Shown here in pieces: positions 28,366 through 37,846 of a stretch of DNA of 64,000 nucleotides (position 1 is its first letter; the number at the start of each line of letters is the position of its first letter). The DNA lies in the NCBI GenBank assembly GCA_037142615.1, contig JBAXAI010000019.1, positions 1 to 64,000 on the forward strand, given 5' to 3'. This stretch comes from Spirochaetales bacterium (GTDB lineage Bacteria > Spirochaetota > Spirochaetia > JABEVK01). The notes under the pieces were generated by a model that ran no database searches, was not told the origin of the DNA, and saw only the letters and a list, made by a program, of their open reading frames with translations. Both the position numbers and the translations under genes were made by a program.

Positions 28366-28425
28366 AAAAAAAACAGGCAGGGCAACCCAGGAGGCGCTTC
28401 CGCGTCGCCCAAGACCACCCTGCCT
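28366..28425 (-). terminator. Rho-independent terminator after the upstream flagellin
   Basis: Long stem AGGCAGGG...CCCUGCCU followed by U8. Confidence 0.75.
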
Positions 28426-28439
28426 TATAGAATAGACCC

Positions 28440-29300
28440 TTAGCCCAACAATTGCAAGGTCGATTGTGACCTTTGGTTGGCCTGCGCGAGCATGGCGTTC
28501 CCGGATTGGACCAGAATCTGGTTCTTCGTGTAGTCAACCATCTGCTTAGCCATGTCGACGTCGCGGATGCGGCTTTCGCTGGCCTGCATGTTCTCGGCTC
28601 CGATGTCCAGACCCTTCACCGCAAACTCAAGGCGGTTCTGGTAGGCACCGAGGTCGGCCCTCTGCTTGCTGACCTTGTTGAGGGCAGCGTCGAAGGTCAT
28701 GATGGCGCGGTTCGCTTCGTCGGGCGTGGCGAGGTCGATCTTCTTGCCGGTGCCGATGTCTTTCAGACCCAGGGCAGTGGCGCTCATCGTACCCACGTAC
28801 ACACGGGTGCGCTGGTCCACGTTGGCTCCGATATGGAAGTACATGGAAGCGGTGATCGTGTTCGTGCCTTCGGCCTTGGCGAACGAGCCGGTCAACATGT
28901 TCATGCCGTTGAACTGGGCGTGGCTGGCAACCCGGTCAATTTCATCCACGAGCTGGCTGACTTCGACCTGGATCTGCTGGCGGTCCTTGGCGGTATAGAT
29001 ACCGTTTGAGGACTGCACGGACAGTTCGCGCAGACGCTGGAGAATGTCCTGACTTTCCTGCAGATAGCCTTCCGTGGTCTGAATGAACGAGATCCCGTCG
29101 GAAGCGTTGCGGGAAGCCTGATTCAACCCGCGGATCTGGGAACGCATCTTCTCCGATACGGCCAGGCCCGAGGCGTCATCGCCGGCGCGGTTGATCCGCA
29201 GACCGGAAGACAGCTTCTCCATGCTCTTCGTGACTTCCTTGACGGAGTCACTCTGAACGCGCTGAGCGTTGATAGCGCTCATGTTGTGGTTGATGATCAT
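28440..29300 (-). CDS. flaB: Flagellin (FlaB filament core protein)
   Basis: [52 protein letters not shown]. Confidence 0.96.
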   Translation of the reverse strand: MIINHNMSAINAQRVQSDSVKEVTKSMEKLSSGLRINRAGDDASGLAVSEKMRSQIRGLNQASRNASDGISFIQTTEGYLQESQDILQRLRELSVQSSNGIYTAKDRQQIQVEVSQLVDEIDRVASHAQFNGMNMLTGSFAKAEGTNTITASMYFHIGANVDQRTRVYVGTMSATALGLKDIGTGKKIDLATPDEANRAIMTFDAALNKVSKQRADLGAYQNRLEFAVKGLDIGAENMQASESRIRDVDMAKQMVDYTKNQILVQSGNAMLAQANQRSQSTLQLLG

Positions 29301-29411
29301 AATATTCCTCCTTGAATATTACGTTCCTGCCCGAACCGAAGTTCGAGCCCCAAACCGAGGTTTGGGAGACGTCAGAAACCAATCTTGAGTGGGGCCGAAT
29401 CCATTCGACCC
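29301..29411 (-). promoter_or_regulatory. Flagellin leader with two GGA-loop hairpins (probable CsrA sites)
   Basis: GGGUCGAA-UGGA-UUCGGCCC (29392-29411) and AAUAUUC-AAGGAG-GAAUAUU (29301-29320), the latter holding the SD directly before the AUG. Confidence 0.65.
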
Positions 29412-29413
29412 TC

Positions 29414-30340
29414 TCACCTTAAGTGATCGGTGTTCGGCAAAAATACTTGAAAGGATTGTTGCAACCACTGCGAAGTCGCGGGGTCGACCGTGGCGACCAG
29501 GGGAGGCAGACCCGGGCAGTTCAGGCGCCAGGCGTGGAGGAACCAAGGAACGGGACCCTCAGCCAGCCGGGTTGCACCGTAGCGCGTGTCACCGGCGAGG
29601 GGCAGTCCCAAGTGCGCGCAATGGGCCCGAATCTGATGAGTGCGTCCGGTCTCAATTTTGACCCGGGCCAGAGTCCGCCCCGCGACCACCGCCAAGGGGG
29701 TCACAAGACTGCGTGCACTCCTGCCGGAGTCTGCAACGGTCGTGACCTGTCCGTCCTCACGCTCCAGCGGCGCATCCACCAGAACCTCGGTTTGGAGCGT
29801 CCCCTGCAGCAGGGCCAGGTACTCCTTGCTAACCAACCCGGACTGGAGGGCCCCGGAAAAGTGGCGGGCGCCCTCCAGGCTGGCCGAGAATACCAGCACA
29901 CCCGAAGTGAAGCGGTCAAGGCGGTGCAGCGGACCCGGTCGGAAGGAGAGGCTTGCCGAGAGGGTACCTGCCAGGTAGTCACGCACCCTTTCGTCTAGAG
30001 CGATCTCGCCGCTGCGGGCCGCCTGCACTAGCTCACCCGACGGCTTGTTGAGCACGAGAAAGTCTTTGTCTTGAAAAAGGATAGCTCCTGGCGGGAGCAA
30101 GGAATGACGGTCCTTTCTGTCGGAATGAGGGTTCTGGGAAAGCAGTTTGTCCCACACCGAAATCAAGTCTCCTTCGGCAATCCGTGCTTCCCCGGAGGCT
30201 TTTTGTCCATTGAGGCGGATGTCGCCTCGACGCACGGCCTTTTGCAGCGCCGAGAGCCCGAGTGAGGGCAGCAACCGTCGCAAGAGTACGTCAAAGCGCC
30301 GTCCGGCGTCGTCTCTCCCCGCAATAAACTCCTGTTTCAT
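29414..30340 (-). CDS. RluA-family pseudouridine synthase with S4 domain
   Basis: HRLDRFTSG catalytic motif, NKPSG, TGRTHQIRAH, LHAWRL. Confidence 0.93.
   Translation of the reverse strand: MKQEFIAGRDDAGRRFDVLLRRLLPSLGLSALQKAVRRGDIRLNGQKASGEARIAEGDLISVWDKLLSQNPHSDRKDRHSLLPPGAILFQDKDFLVLNKPSGELVQAARSGEIALDERVRDYLAGTLSASLSFRPGPLHRLDRFTSGVLVFSASLEGARHFSGALQSGLVSKEYLALLQGTLQTEVLVDAPLEREDGQVTTVADSGRSARSLVTPLAVVAGRTLARVKIETGRTHQIRAHCAHLGLPLAGDTRYGATRLAEGPVPWFLHAWRLNCPGLPPLVATVDPATSQWLQQSFQVFLPNTDHLR
29423..29450 (-). promoter_or_regulatory. sigma28 (FliA) promoter of flagellin
   Basis: TCAA-N16-CCGATCAC, located inside the 3' end of the RluA-family gene. Confidence 0.72.
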
Positions 30341-30414
30341 GGCTCAGGCTAACCGGGGAGGGGAAGGCGGTCAACCTTGACAAACGGCGGTGACCGAGTG
30401 AAACTCACCTTTGC

Positions 30415-30882
30415 ATGGAAACCCTTGCATCCATCATCGCCAACCCAATTTTTCTCTCCACGGTGTTTGCATGGTTCTCGGCGCAGTTCATCAAGGCCTT
30501 GATTTCGCTGGTTCGTAACCGGGCGCATGGTAGCAAGCGGGACCTCCTGATGACCATGGTTTGGACCACCGGGGGCATGCCCTCCAGCCATTCGTCGGTT
30601 GTTTGCGCACTGACAACTGCCCTGGGATTTCAGACGGGCTTCGATTCGCCCTTGTTTCTTACCAGCCTTTGTTTTTCTGCGTTGGCCATCCGTGACGCTC
30701 TGGGCGTTCGTCAAGCGGCGGGCAATCTGGCCCGCACACTTAATCAAGTGCTTCCAGATCTCAACACCCATCTGGGAACCTCGTACAAGCCGGTCAAGGA
30801 AATCCACGGTCACAAGGGCTCAGAAGTCGTCGTGGGCATGATTCTTGGGATCTTTTTGGCGGCGGCTTTCTGCAACCTCTAG
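30415..30882 (+). CDS. Divergent PAP2 family protein (DUF212)
   Basis: GGMPSSHS, DALGVR, KEIHGH...EVVVG. Confidence 0.9.
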   Translation: METLASIIANPIFLSTVFAWFSAQFIKALISLVRNRAHGSKRDLLMTMVWTTGGMPSSHSSVVCALTTALGFQTGFDSPLFLTSLCFSALAIRDALGVRQAAGNLARTLNQVLPDLNTHLGTSYKPVKEIHGHKGSEVVVGMILGIFLAAAFCNL

Positions 30883-31535
30883 TGTTTCGACTCTTGGGTT
30901 TGTTGGCGGTCTTGACCCTCAAGGGTGTTGCGTCCGCCGAAGAACCAGCCCAAGTCGATCTTGCTACCACCGAGATCTCAGGCTTTTCGGGACTGGAAGA
31001 GGTGCCGGTAGCCAGCCTCAAGGTCCGCCTCATTCCCGAGGACCCCCGCTGGGACCCTTGGCTCGAGGCACTGCTCCTGGACCAACGTCAACCCGTACCT
31101 GAACTTAGTGTGGATTCCCCCCGTTTTGTAGCCGGGGTGGCACTTCTGAGCGGTGGGATGCTCTTTGCTCTGCTGGTGGCTCTATCGTCTTCCCGCCGCC
31201 GCTGGCGCCCGTGGCTTTCTTGTGCCGCAGTCTTCACAATCGGGCTCGTCTTGGTTACGAGCGGCGGCGGTGGCAACCCCGCTCAACCTCCGCCGTCTTT
31301 GGCCGAACTGTACCGCCACCATCTTTGGTTTCAGGCCGCGTTTCCCTATGGCGGAACTTGGGATGACTATGCGCCTGGTAAGCCGATTAACCTTCCAGAG
31401 TATCGAAGGAGTGCCGGTCGGCTTGTTGAGGAGCAGACTCCTGTCGTGGTTCCCGACGCCGCCTGGGAAGGCCGATGGCTCGCTCAAATTTCCGAGCGGA
31501 ACGTGGCCCGTTCGCTGGCTCTTGGCGTCCCTTGA
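30882..31535 (+). CDS. Hypothetical membrane protein
   Basis: Signal-like N-terminus and two TM segments; start overlaps the upstream stop. Confidence 0.55.
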   Translation: MFRLLGLLAVLTLKGVASAEEPAQVDLATTEISGFSGLEEVPVASLKVRLIPEDPRWDPWLEALLLDQRQPVPELSVDSPRFVAGVALLSGGMLFALLVALSSSRRRWRPWLSCAAVFTIGLVLVTSGGGGNPAQPPPSLAELYRHHLWFQAAFPYGGTWDDYAPGKPINLPEYRRSAGRLVEEQTPVVVPDAAWEGRWLAQISERNVARSLALGVP

Positions 31536-31588
31536 CTACCCTCAGGTGACAGGCTATTTTGAGCGGAACCGGGAGAGGTACCCCTGAA

Positions 31589-32863
31589 ATGAACCGAAGC
31601 AAGACCTTTCCGTTCGGCGGTATCCGGGTGGATTCCTTCCGCTCTTTGACGGAAAACCGTGGCGTGCAGTCCCTGTCCCTTCCTTCGCTTGCCGTGGTTC
31701 CACTTGTTCAGTATCACGGGGCGCGTGCAACTTGGGTGGTGGCCGTGGGCGAGAGCATCCGCGAGGAGCAATTGCTGGCAAAAGGCCTGGGGCCGGGTGA
31801 TCTTGACGTGCATTCGCCCACGCCAGGCATTCTCCAGGAGTTCAGGGAGGTCCCGGTGCCGGGGGGGGGCGTTTCCAGCGCAGCGCTGATCCGCCTCGAC
31901 GGGTCGTTCAATCGGACCGGCCGCGACGTGCCCGTTCGTGACTGGTCCGGGTGGTCTCCGGCCGAACTTCTGGAACATATCCGCTCCTGCGGGGTCTACT
32001 TGGAGTCGAGCACTCTCGACAAAGCCGTCCGCCTTCCCGAGGCTTCTGTCGGCCTGGATGATCTGGTGATCAACGGATTGCAACCCGAACCTTACCTCAC
32101 GCTCGCACTTGCACTTCTCGATGAGAGATCTGCTGCCTTGGCTGAGGGCATCGAAATCCTGCGAAAGATTTACAGCCCGCTTCATACCCTGCTCGTCACC
32201 GACAGGGACGACACCTCGCCATGGCAGGCAGTGTCAGCTATTTCATTGCCAGGTGTAGAGTTGGTTTCCTTGGAGTACAAGTTTCCACAGGCCCAGGCCG
32301 GTCTGCTGGCGAAGACCTTGAGCACCGGGCCCCGTTGTTTGATTATCGATGTCAACGGAGTTTTGTCGGTGCGGGATGCGGTTGTGGAGGGGCGCCCCCA
32401 GATCGAGAGGACCGTGGTCCTTTCCGGGCAGGGGGCTCGGCACCCCGGCACCTACCGGGTACGGATCGGGACACCGCTTTTTCAATTCCTCAAGGATGCC
32501 GGCGGCATCAAGCCCAACAGCGAGAAAATTGTCGTCGGTGGTCCCTTCCAGGGTCGCCTCGCCGACAACTTGGCCAGTCCCATCGTCAAGTCCACCCAGG
32601 CCGTTCTTGTGCTCGCGAAGTCCGAGGTAAACACCGGAGTCTCGAGGGCCTGCATTCGCTGTGGTTCCTGTGTAAAGAGTTGTCCGGTGGGACTGGAACC
32701 GCTCAACCTGTACAAGCTTTTGCGCCAGGACAACGTCGTGCAAGCGCGCAATGACGGTTTGGACTTCTGCATCGGTTGCGGAATCTGCTCGTTTGTCTGT
32801 CCGTCTCGGTTGCCGCTCGTGGAGACGTTTCAGCGGGTTCAAGAGGAGACTTCCCGTGGATAG
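31589..32863 (+). CDS. rnfC: RnfC/RsxC-like Fe-S protein (divergent)
   Basis: KTFPFGGI, EPYLT, SLBB domain VRIGTP, GGPFQG, two CxxCxxCxxxCP clusters; the GxGGAGFP loop is missing. Confidence 0.8.
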   Translation: MNRSKTFPFGGIRVDSFRSLTENRGVQSLSLPSLAVVPLVQYHGARATWVVAVGESIREEQLLAKGLGPGDLDVHSPTPGILQEFREVPVPGGGVSSAALIRLDGSFNRTGRDVPVRDWSGWSPAELLEHIRSCGVYLESSTLDKAVRLPEASVGLDDLVINGLQPEPYLTLALALLDERSAALAEGIEILRKIYSPLHTLLVTDRDDTSPWQAVSAISLPGVELVSLEYKFPQAQAGLLAKTLSTGPRCLIIDVNGVLSVRDAVVEGRPQIERTVVLSGQGARHPGTYRVRIGTPLFQFLKDAGGIKPNSEKIVVGGPFQGRLADNLASPIVKSTQAVLVLAKSEVNTGVSRACIRCGSCVKSCPVGLEPLNLYKLLRQDNVVQARNDGLDFCIGCGICSFVCPSRLPLVETFQRVQEETSRG

Positions 32864-33845
32864 AACCCCCCAGTCCTTTGATAGTCTGACAAGCCTGAGG
32901 CTGCATCTGACACTTATCGCTTCCCTCTCGCCTGTGGCTCTTTTTGCCTGCCTGTCCGGGGGGTGGTATGTCGCCTTTGTCATAGTATCAACCATGTCAA
33001 TTGCTTGGCTTGCCGACGCCGTCTTTCGATTTTGGGGTCCCCGGCGCGAACCTGAGGACTCTTCTGCCTTGTTGTGGGGCCTCACTTTGGCCCTTGTGAT
33101 GCCCCCCTTGGTCCCGTTCTGGATTCCCTGGGCCGGGATTTTGTTCAGTATCCTTGCCAAAGGGTTGCTGGGAGGAAGCGGAGCTTCCTGGCTCAACCCG
33201 GCGCTGACTGCCTGGGCCTTCTGCCAGGCGGGTTGGCCTGCCGCCATGAGACCAGCCGTTTCACTTTCCGGAGCTTCGGACTCGCAGATCACTTCGATGC
33301 TCGCGACCCGGAGTTCCCTTGACCAGGGTGCCACGGACTGGCTCAATGGCAACATCTTTTCGTGGCTCAATTTACAAGTTCCGGCGGGTTACGTGGATCT
33401 CGTGACTGGCGTCGGTCTGCAATCGCATTCCTGGAATGCGGAAGCCGGAACCTTCTTCCTGCTCGCCGCGACCGTCTTCCTCCTGGTACGGGGAACCATC
33501 CCCTGGCAGATTCCCTTGTTCTTCTTCCTCGGGTTTGCTGTTCCCGTAGGAATATTCGGCGGTTTGCCAGCGGGCCAGGGGCTGTTTTCAGGCGATGTCC
33601 TTTTCCAGATCTTTTCGGGTACTTTTCTCCTGGGGATCTTTTTTCTGGCAACCGACACTTCGAGCCGCCCCCTGTCTTCCAGGGGCTTAACCCTTTACGC
33701 TTTGGGCGCCGGTGTTCTGGCTTTCGTCTTGAGAACCTGGGGAGTTCATGTCGAGGGCGTGGGTTACGCCATCCTGTTTATGAACTTTCTTGTCCCCTGG
33801 ATGGACCTCGTTCTGCGCAAGAAAGTCCTTAACGATTTGCGCTGA
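32856..33845 (+). CDS. rnfD: RnfD/RsxD-like membrane subunit
   Basis: LGGSGASWLNPAL, LGIFFLATD, EGVGYAILFMN. GTG start after GAGGAG. Confidence 0.8.
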   Translation: MDRTPQSFDSLTSLRLHLTLIASLSPVALFACLSGGWYVAFVIVSTMSIAWLADAVFRFWGPRREPEDSSALLWGLTLALVMPPLVPFWIPWAGILFSILAKGLLGGSGASWLNPALTAWAFCQAGWPAAMRPAVSLSGASDSQITSMLATRSSLDQGATDWLNGNIFSWLNLQVPAGYVDLVTGVGLQSHSWNAEAGTFFLLAATVFLLVRGTIPWQIPLFFFLGFAVPVGIFGGLPAGQGLFSGDVLFQIFSGTFLLGIFFLATDTSSRPLSSRGLTLYALGAGVLAFVLRTWGVHVEGVGYAILFMNFLVPWMDLVLRKKVLNDLR

Positions 33846-33874
33846 GCGTGCTACACTTGCCCCAAGGAATAACC

Positions 33875-34450
33875 GTGCGAATTGCTGATCTCATTTTTGC
33901 GTTTCTTCTGTCAAACAACGTTCTTTTTTCGCATTTTCTCGGTCTGAGCGAGCTCCTCGGTCCGGTTTCTTTTCAGAAGATTGCCCGCCGTTCCCTCATT
34001 CTTGGGGTCTTGATGGTCTTCAGCGGCGGTTTGTTTTGGGGGCTTTCCTGGGCGGTTCTGCAACCTTTTCATCTTTCTTTTCTCACAACGATCACGGCTG
34101 TTGCCTCGCTAGCCGCCGGCTACTGGCTGTACATTTGGCTGCGCCGCTCTACGGGCCGCGAGGCTTCGCTACCCGACCCGCAGGAGTTCCTGTTTCACAC
34201 GCTTTTGTTCGGTGGCGTTCTTCTGGCTGTCGGGGTTTCCAGGGATCCGCTGGAGTTTCTCGCGGTGGCCTTGGCGTCGGTTTTGGGCTATTCTTTGGGC
34301 CTCATCTTGCTTCACGCCGTATTCTTAAGAATGGCGCGTGAACGGATTCCCATCACCTTTCAGGGGCTTCCTTTTCAGCTTTTCACCTTAGGTTTGGTCT
34401 GGCTCGTCCTCAGCGGCTTGGACCTCCGTTTCGCCGGGAATGCCGGATGA
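33875..34450 (+). CDS. RnfA/RnfE-family (Rnf-Nqr) membrane subunit
   Basis: NNVLFSHFLGL and IPITFQGLP motifs are typical of RnfA; about six TM helices. Confidence 0.7.
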   Translation: MRIADLIFAFLLSNNVLFSHFLGLSELLGPVSFQKIARRSLILGVLMVFSGGLFWGLSWAVLQPFHLSFLTTITAVASLAAGYWLYIWLRRSTGREASLPDPQEFLFHTLLFGGVLLAVGVSRDPLEFLAVALASVLGYSLGLILLHAVFLRMARERIPITFQGLPFQLFTLGLVWLVLSGLDLRFAGNAG

Positions 34451-36249
34451 CGTTGGAACGGAGTCAACTCATTCTGGGATATTGCTTTACTCCCTCGGTC
34501 TTTGCGAGCGACGAGGAACTTGAGACCTACTATCAACTGGTGGCCAAGCCTTTCTTGACAGTCGCTTTCCGGTTTCCAGACGTCCATTTCACGGTTTTCT
34601 TTACCGGGCCCCTGTTGCATTGGCTTCAATCGCGCCATTCGGAGTACGTTGCCGTGCTCTCGGAAATGCTCAAGCGCAAGCAATTGGAGGTCCTCGGGGG
34701 AGGCTTCTTCGCACCCTTGCTACCGCTGATTCCTTCCGGTGATCGCCTGGGCCAGATTGAGGAGCTGACTACGGTCGTTCGCAAGCTGTTCGGTAAGCGT
34801 CCCCGCGGACTTTGGTTGACCAAAGGCGTCTGGGACCCGGTCCTTGTTTCGACCATTGCGGCCAGCGGCCTCGAGTTCACGTTTCTCGAAGAAAGAGAGT
34901 TCGAACGTCTGGGCCTTCCGGCCGATACGGCTCACCTGCCACGCCTGACGGAGTTTCAGGGACGTCTGCTGACAATCATTCCATTCCACAGCCGCCTTTC
35001 TGCCGAAGTTGCGACGGGCCAACTCGACAGCTTCAAGGCTTGGTGCCGGCAGCCAGCGACTTCGTCCGCAGGCCTGAAAGGTCTCTTCCAATGCCTGGAA
35101 CACCCGGAGGATGGCCGTCAGTTCAGCGGCGATTTGGGGGCTTTTGAGGCTTTCTTGGAGGCGGTTCGTTCTGAGAATCTGGCGGTGGAAACCGTAACCC
35201 CTACGGCCCTCTTGAAAAGGCCGATGAACTTGGAACGAAGCTACTTCACCGGTACGACTTACGAGGAACTGACCTCGCGTCTGGGCCTTCCCGCCCCGTC
35301 GAGGGCTTCACTCCAAAGCTGGAAGCAGTTCCTGGCCGACGATCCTTCGGCGAACAGCCTGTACAACAAAATGGTCTACGTCAATCTTCTGGTGTCTTCG
35401 CTCCGAGGGGACAAGTACAAGAAGAAGTCGGCCTACGAGGACCTTTGGAAAGCGCAGACAGCCTCAGGCTTCTTGGGAATGCCAGGAAGGGGCGATCTGC
35501 ATGCTGAGAGGAAGAAGGCCTTTGGCGCACTCCTGAACGCCGAGGTCTTGCTACGCGACCAGAACACCTTTACAGAGGTTTTGAGCAGCCAAGACTTTGA
35601 CCTGGACGGCATGAAGGAGTTTCTGTTTCAGGGCCAGAACTTCAATGTGTATGTCGATCCCGTCGGCGGGCAGGTTTTCGAATGGGACCATCTGGGCAGG
35701 CCTTGGAACTATGTCGGGGTTTCCGGGGGTTCGGGGCAACTGCAGCAGGTGTTTGTGGACAGGCTGTTCCGCACCGGGGCGCCCGAGGCCGATGCCAGCA
35801 CCTTTGCTTCCCGCGAGTACAAACTGGTGGACTACAATCGCGATCGCAAATCCTTTCAGCTTCTGGCTGTCGATCAGCTCGAAGGGGAAACGGGCCAGCA
35901 ACCCCTCAGGCTACGAAAGACGTTTCAGTTTAGCCGAGACAAGGTTGAGGTGGAGTACGAGCTTGAGCTTCTGGGCGGCCCTTCCTGGGAAGGCTGGTTC
36001 AGCAGCGAGCTCCACTTGACCTATCCTGAGCCCGACTTGGTCACTTGCCGTGAGCCTCAGGAAGCCGGGGTTACCAGTCGCGTGGTTCTCCACGATTCCG
36101 CGCAAAAGTCCCTGCACACCTGGTCTTGGTCGTGGCCGGCGCGCCTGACTTCGCTCGATGGTGCGCTCCTGCCACGCTGGTGGCTTATTCTGCATCCCGG
36201 TGAAGTTTGGAAGTGCCGCGTCAGTTTGGAATTGTCGGAAGCAGAGTGA
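34447..36249 (+). CDS. GH57 alpha-amylase/4-alpha-glucanotransferase-like protein, probably catalytically impaired
   Basis: EVLGGGFFAPLLPLIP, FGKRPRGLWL, DFDLDGMKE and a C-terminal beta domain; the WLPE nucleophile motif reads WLTK. Confidence 0.75.
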   Translation: MTLERSQLILGYCFTPSVFASDEELETYYQLVAKPFLTVAFRFPDVHFTVFFTGPLLHWLQSRHSEYVAVLSEMLKRKQLEVLGGGFFAPLLPLIPSGDRLGQIEELTTVVRKLFGKRPRGLWLTKGVWDPVLVSTIAASGLEFTFLEEREFERLGLPADTAHLPRLTEFQGRLLTIIPFHSRLSAEVATGQLDSFKAWCRQPATSSAGLKGLFQCLEHPEDGRQFSGDLGAFEAFLEAVRSENLAVETVTPTALLKRPMNLERSYFTGTTYEELTSRLGLPAPSRASLQSWKQFLADDPSANSLYNKMVYVNLLVSSLRGDKYKKKSAYEDLWKAQTASGFLGMPGRGDLHAERKKAFGALLNAEVLLRDQNTFTEVLSSQDFDLDGMKEFLFQGQNFNVYVDPVGGQVFEWDHLGRPWNYVGVSGGSGQLQQVFVDRLFRTGAPEADASTFASREYKLVDYNRDRKSFQLLAVDQLEGETGQQPLRLRKTFQFSRDKVEVEYELELLGGPSWEGWFSSELHLTYPEPDLVTCREPQEAGVTSRVVLHDSAQKSLHTWSWSWPARLTSLDGALLPRWWLILHPGEVWKCRVSLELSEAE

Positions 36250-37495
36250 AAAGGCTGTCGAGCCAAGGTTGGGTTTCTTTCGGTAGCGCATCCTTGGCGC
36301 TCAGGAACTCAAGGAACGCCAAGCGGTACGACTTTTGCATCGCGTAGGCTTGTCCACGGTAGAAACTCACCCGGGCCGCTACTTCCGTGCTGAGTTCGAG
36401 CTTGGCCAGCAGGGCTAATTGCTCGGAACTGCTGGTCCAATCCTTTTGCAGGAAGTACGACTGGATGACCTGAGCCAAGAGCTTGGGTGACCCAGTCAGG
36501 TTCTTCAGTTTCTCTTCTGGGAGTACAACCGGGAGGGGAAGAGGGAGCGTGGTTGTCTTGCCGCCACGCGCCCAGGCCGAAAGCACTTTTTCTGTGGCCG
36601 GGGCCAGAAGGAGCGGCGAGGAAAGTGTAGCAGGTGGTCGGGCCATCGGTTCACCAGAAACGGGATCAAGTGACAGGCTCATCAAAGGCAGTGGCAACGG
36701 GCGCAGAGACTGATCCAGGACTGGGCGCAAGTCGGCGGCGATGGCAGTGCTTGCGGCACTTTCAGCACCCGCCACCAAGGCGAAACCATACGCCGAATCG
36801 GTCGTGTTCTGCGAGGCAAAGGCGTCGGCAGCCCCTTCAGTGTAGGCCAGGGCATCGACCACCGTGTAGTAGAACTCCAGCCCAGGAGCCGGAGTATCGA
36901 CCCAAGGAGATTTCGTCCCCGTGGTCTGCCCCAGAAGTGTCGCGCCTTTGAGGTCAGCGACGGATTTCACCGGGGTGGTCGTTCGGTACAGGTTGAGCTT
37001 GCGGTCGGCGGGAATCGCCTGAAAGGCTAACAGCAGGTTCTTTCCTGAAAGGGTGACGGCTAGGTTGCGAATGACGGCCGTAGCTTTGGGATTGGCCGCG
37101 ATCGGGGTCAGGGCGGTCGAGGTTTTGTTCCTGCCCGGAATGTAAAAGCTGCGGCGAGTGCCCGAGGTGTCTTTGAGGAGCACCAGGTAGAACGACGGGC
37201 CGGTGACCGTTGTGTCGTCGAAAGCCATCACCCCGGAGTCGACCGTCCCGACAAGTTTGGCGCTCGGCAGGGAGTCGCGCACGAGTTCCTTTTCGGAGCG
37301 CCAGATTTCGTACTTGGCGCCCGCCCAGCCGTCGGCATCTTTCCAAGTCAGTTGAATGTGTCCGACGCCGACGGTGGCGTCGAGTTTGGTGACGTAGGCC
37401 GGACTTTCTTGCGCCGCGACTGCGGTGGCTGCAAGAGTGAGAAGGGCGGCGAAGAGCAGACGAAAGCAGGTCAAATTGGCGGTCTCCCAGTTCAT
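36221..37495 (-). CDS. Secreted protein with beta-sandwich repeats and C-terminal TPR-like helices
   Basis: Signal peptide ending AVAA, two Fn3-like segments, SFYRGQAYAM. Confidence 0.65.
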   Translation of the reverse strand: MNWETANLTCFRLLFAALLTLAATAVAAQESPAYVTKLDATVGVGHIQLTWKDADGWAGAKYEIWRSEKELVRDSLPSAKLVGTVDSGVMAFDDTTVTGPSFYLVLLKDTSGTRRSFYIPGRNKTSTALTPIAANPKATAVIRNLAVTLSGKNLLLAFQAIPADRKLNLYRTTTPVKSVADLKGATLLGQTTGTKSPWVDTPAPGLEFYYTVVDALAYTEGAADAFASQNTTDSAYGFALVAGAESAASTAIAADLRPVLDQSLRPLPLPLMSLSLDPVSGEPMARPPATLSSPLLLAPATEKVLSAWARGGKTTTLPLPLPVVLPEEKLKNLTGSPKLLAQVIQSYFLQKDWTSSSEQLALLAKLELSTEVAARVSFYRGQAYAMQKSYRLAFLEFLSAKDALPKETQPWLDSLFTLLPTIPN

Positions 37496-37529
37496 TTGTC
37501 GGTCAAAAAGGGTCGAAAATCAATCCCAT

Positions 37530-37558
37530 TTGACAGGAAACCCCTTAAGCCCTAGATT
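37530..37558 (+). promoter_or_regulatory. Near-consensus sigma70 promoter, leaderless arrangement
   Basis: TTGACA-N17-TAGATT, ATG 6 nt downstream, no SD. Confidence 0.75.
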
Positions 37559-37564
37559 GACACC

Positions 37565-37837
37565 ATGTTTGTCTCGGCAGCCTGCGATTATGGAAATGAA
37601 GACAGCCGGATCAAGGTCGATCAATTGCTTCTGCAGTATGGATTCCGCAAGGTTCAGAAAAACCTCTACGAGTCGACCAGTCTGTCGGAAAAAAACTTGG
37701 CCCGACTCAAGCTCGAATGCGACAAACTGACCGATTTCTACGATACCCTCCGCCTGTACCAGTTTCCTATGGAAAACACTCTGGTTATTACTTCACTTGA
37801 GGGTAAGAAGTGGAAGCGGTCCGTGCTCAAACCCTAG
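37565..37837 (+). CDS. Orphan Cas2/VapD-like protein
   Basis: 90 aa; Asp8 at the end of the first beta strand, LLLQYGFRKVQKNLYE and DTLRLYQ match the Cas2 pattern; no cas1 or array nearby. Confidence 0.7.
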   Translation: MFVSAACDYGNEDSRIKVDQLLLQYGFRKVQKNLYESTSLSEKNLARLKLECDKLTDFYDTLRLYQFPMENTLVITSLEGKKWKRSVLKP

Positions 37838-37846
37838 GAGAACCCC

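Noticed and set aside
27311-29300. Sequence similarity between two segments read as a duplication or mobile repeat
   Set aside because: Explained by diverged paralogous flagellins.
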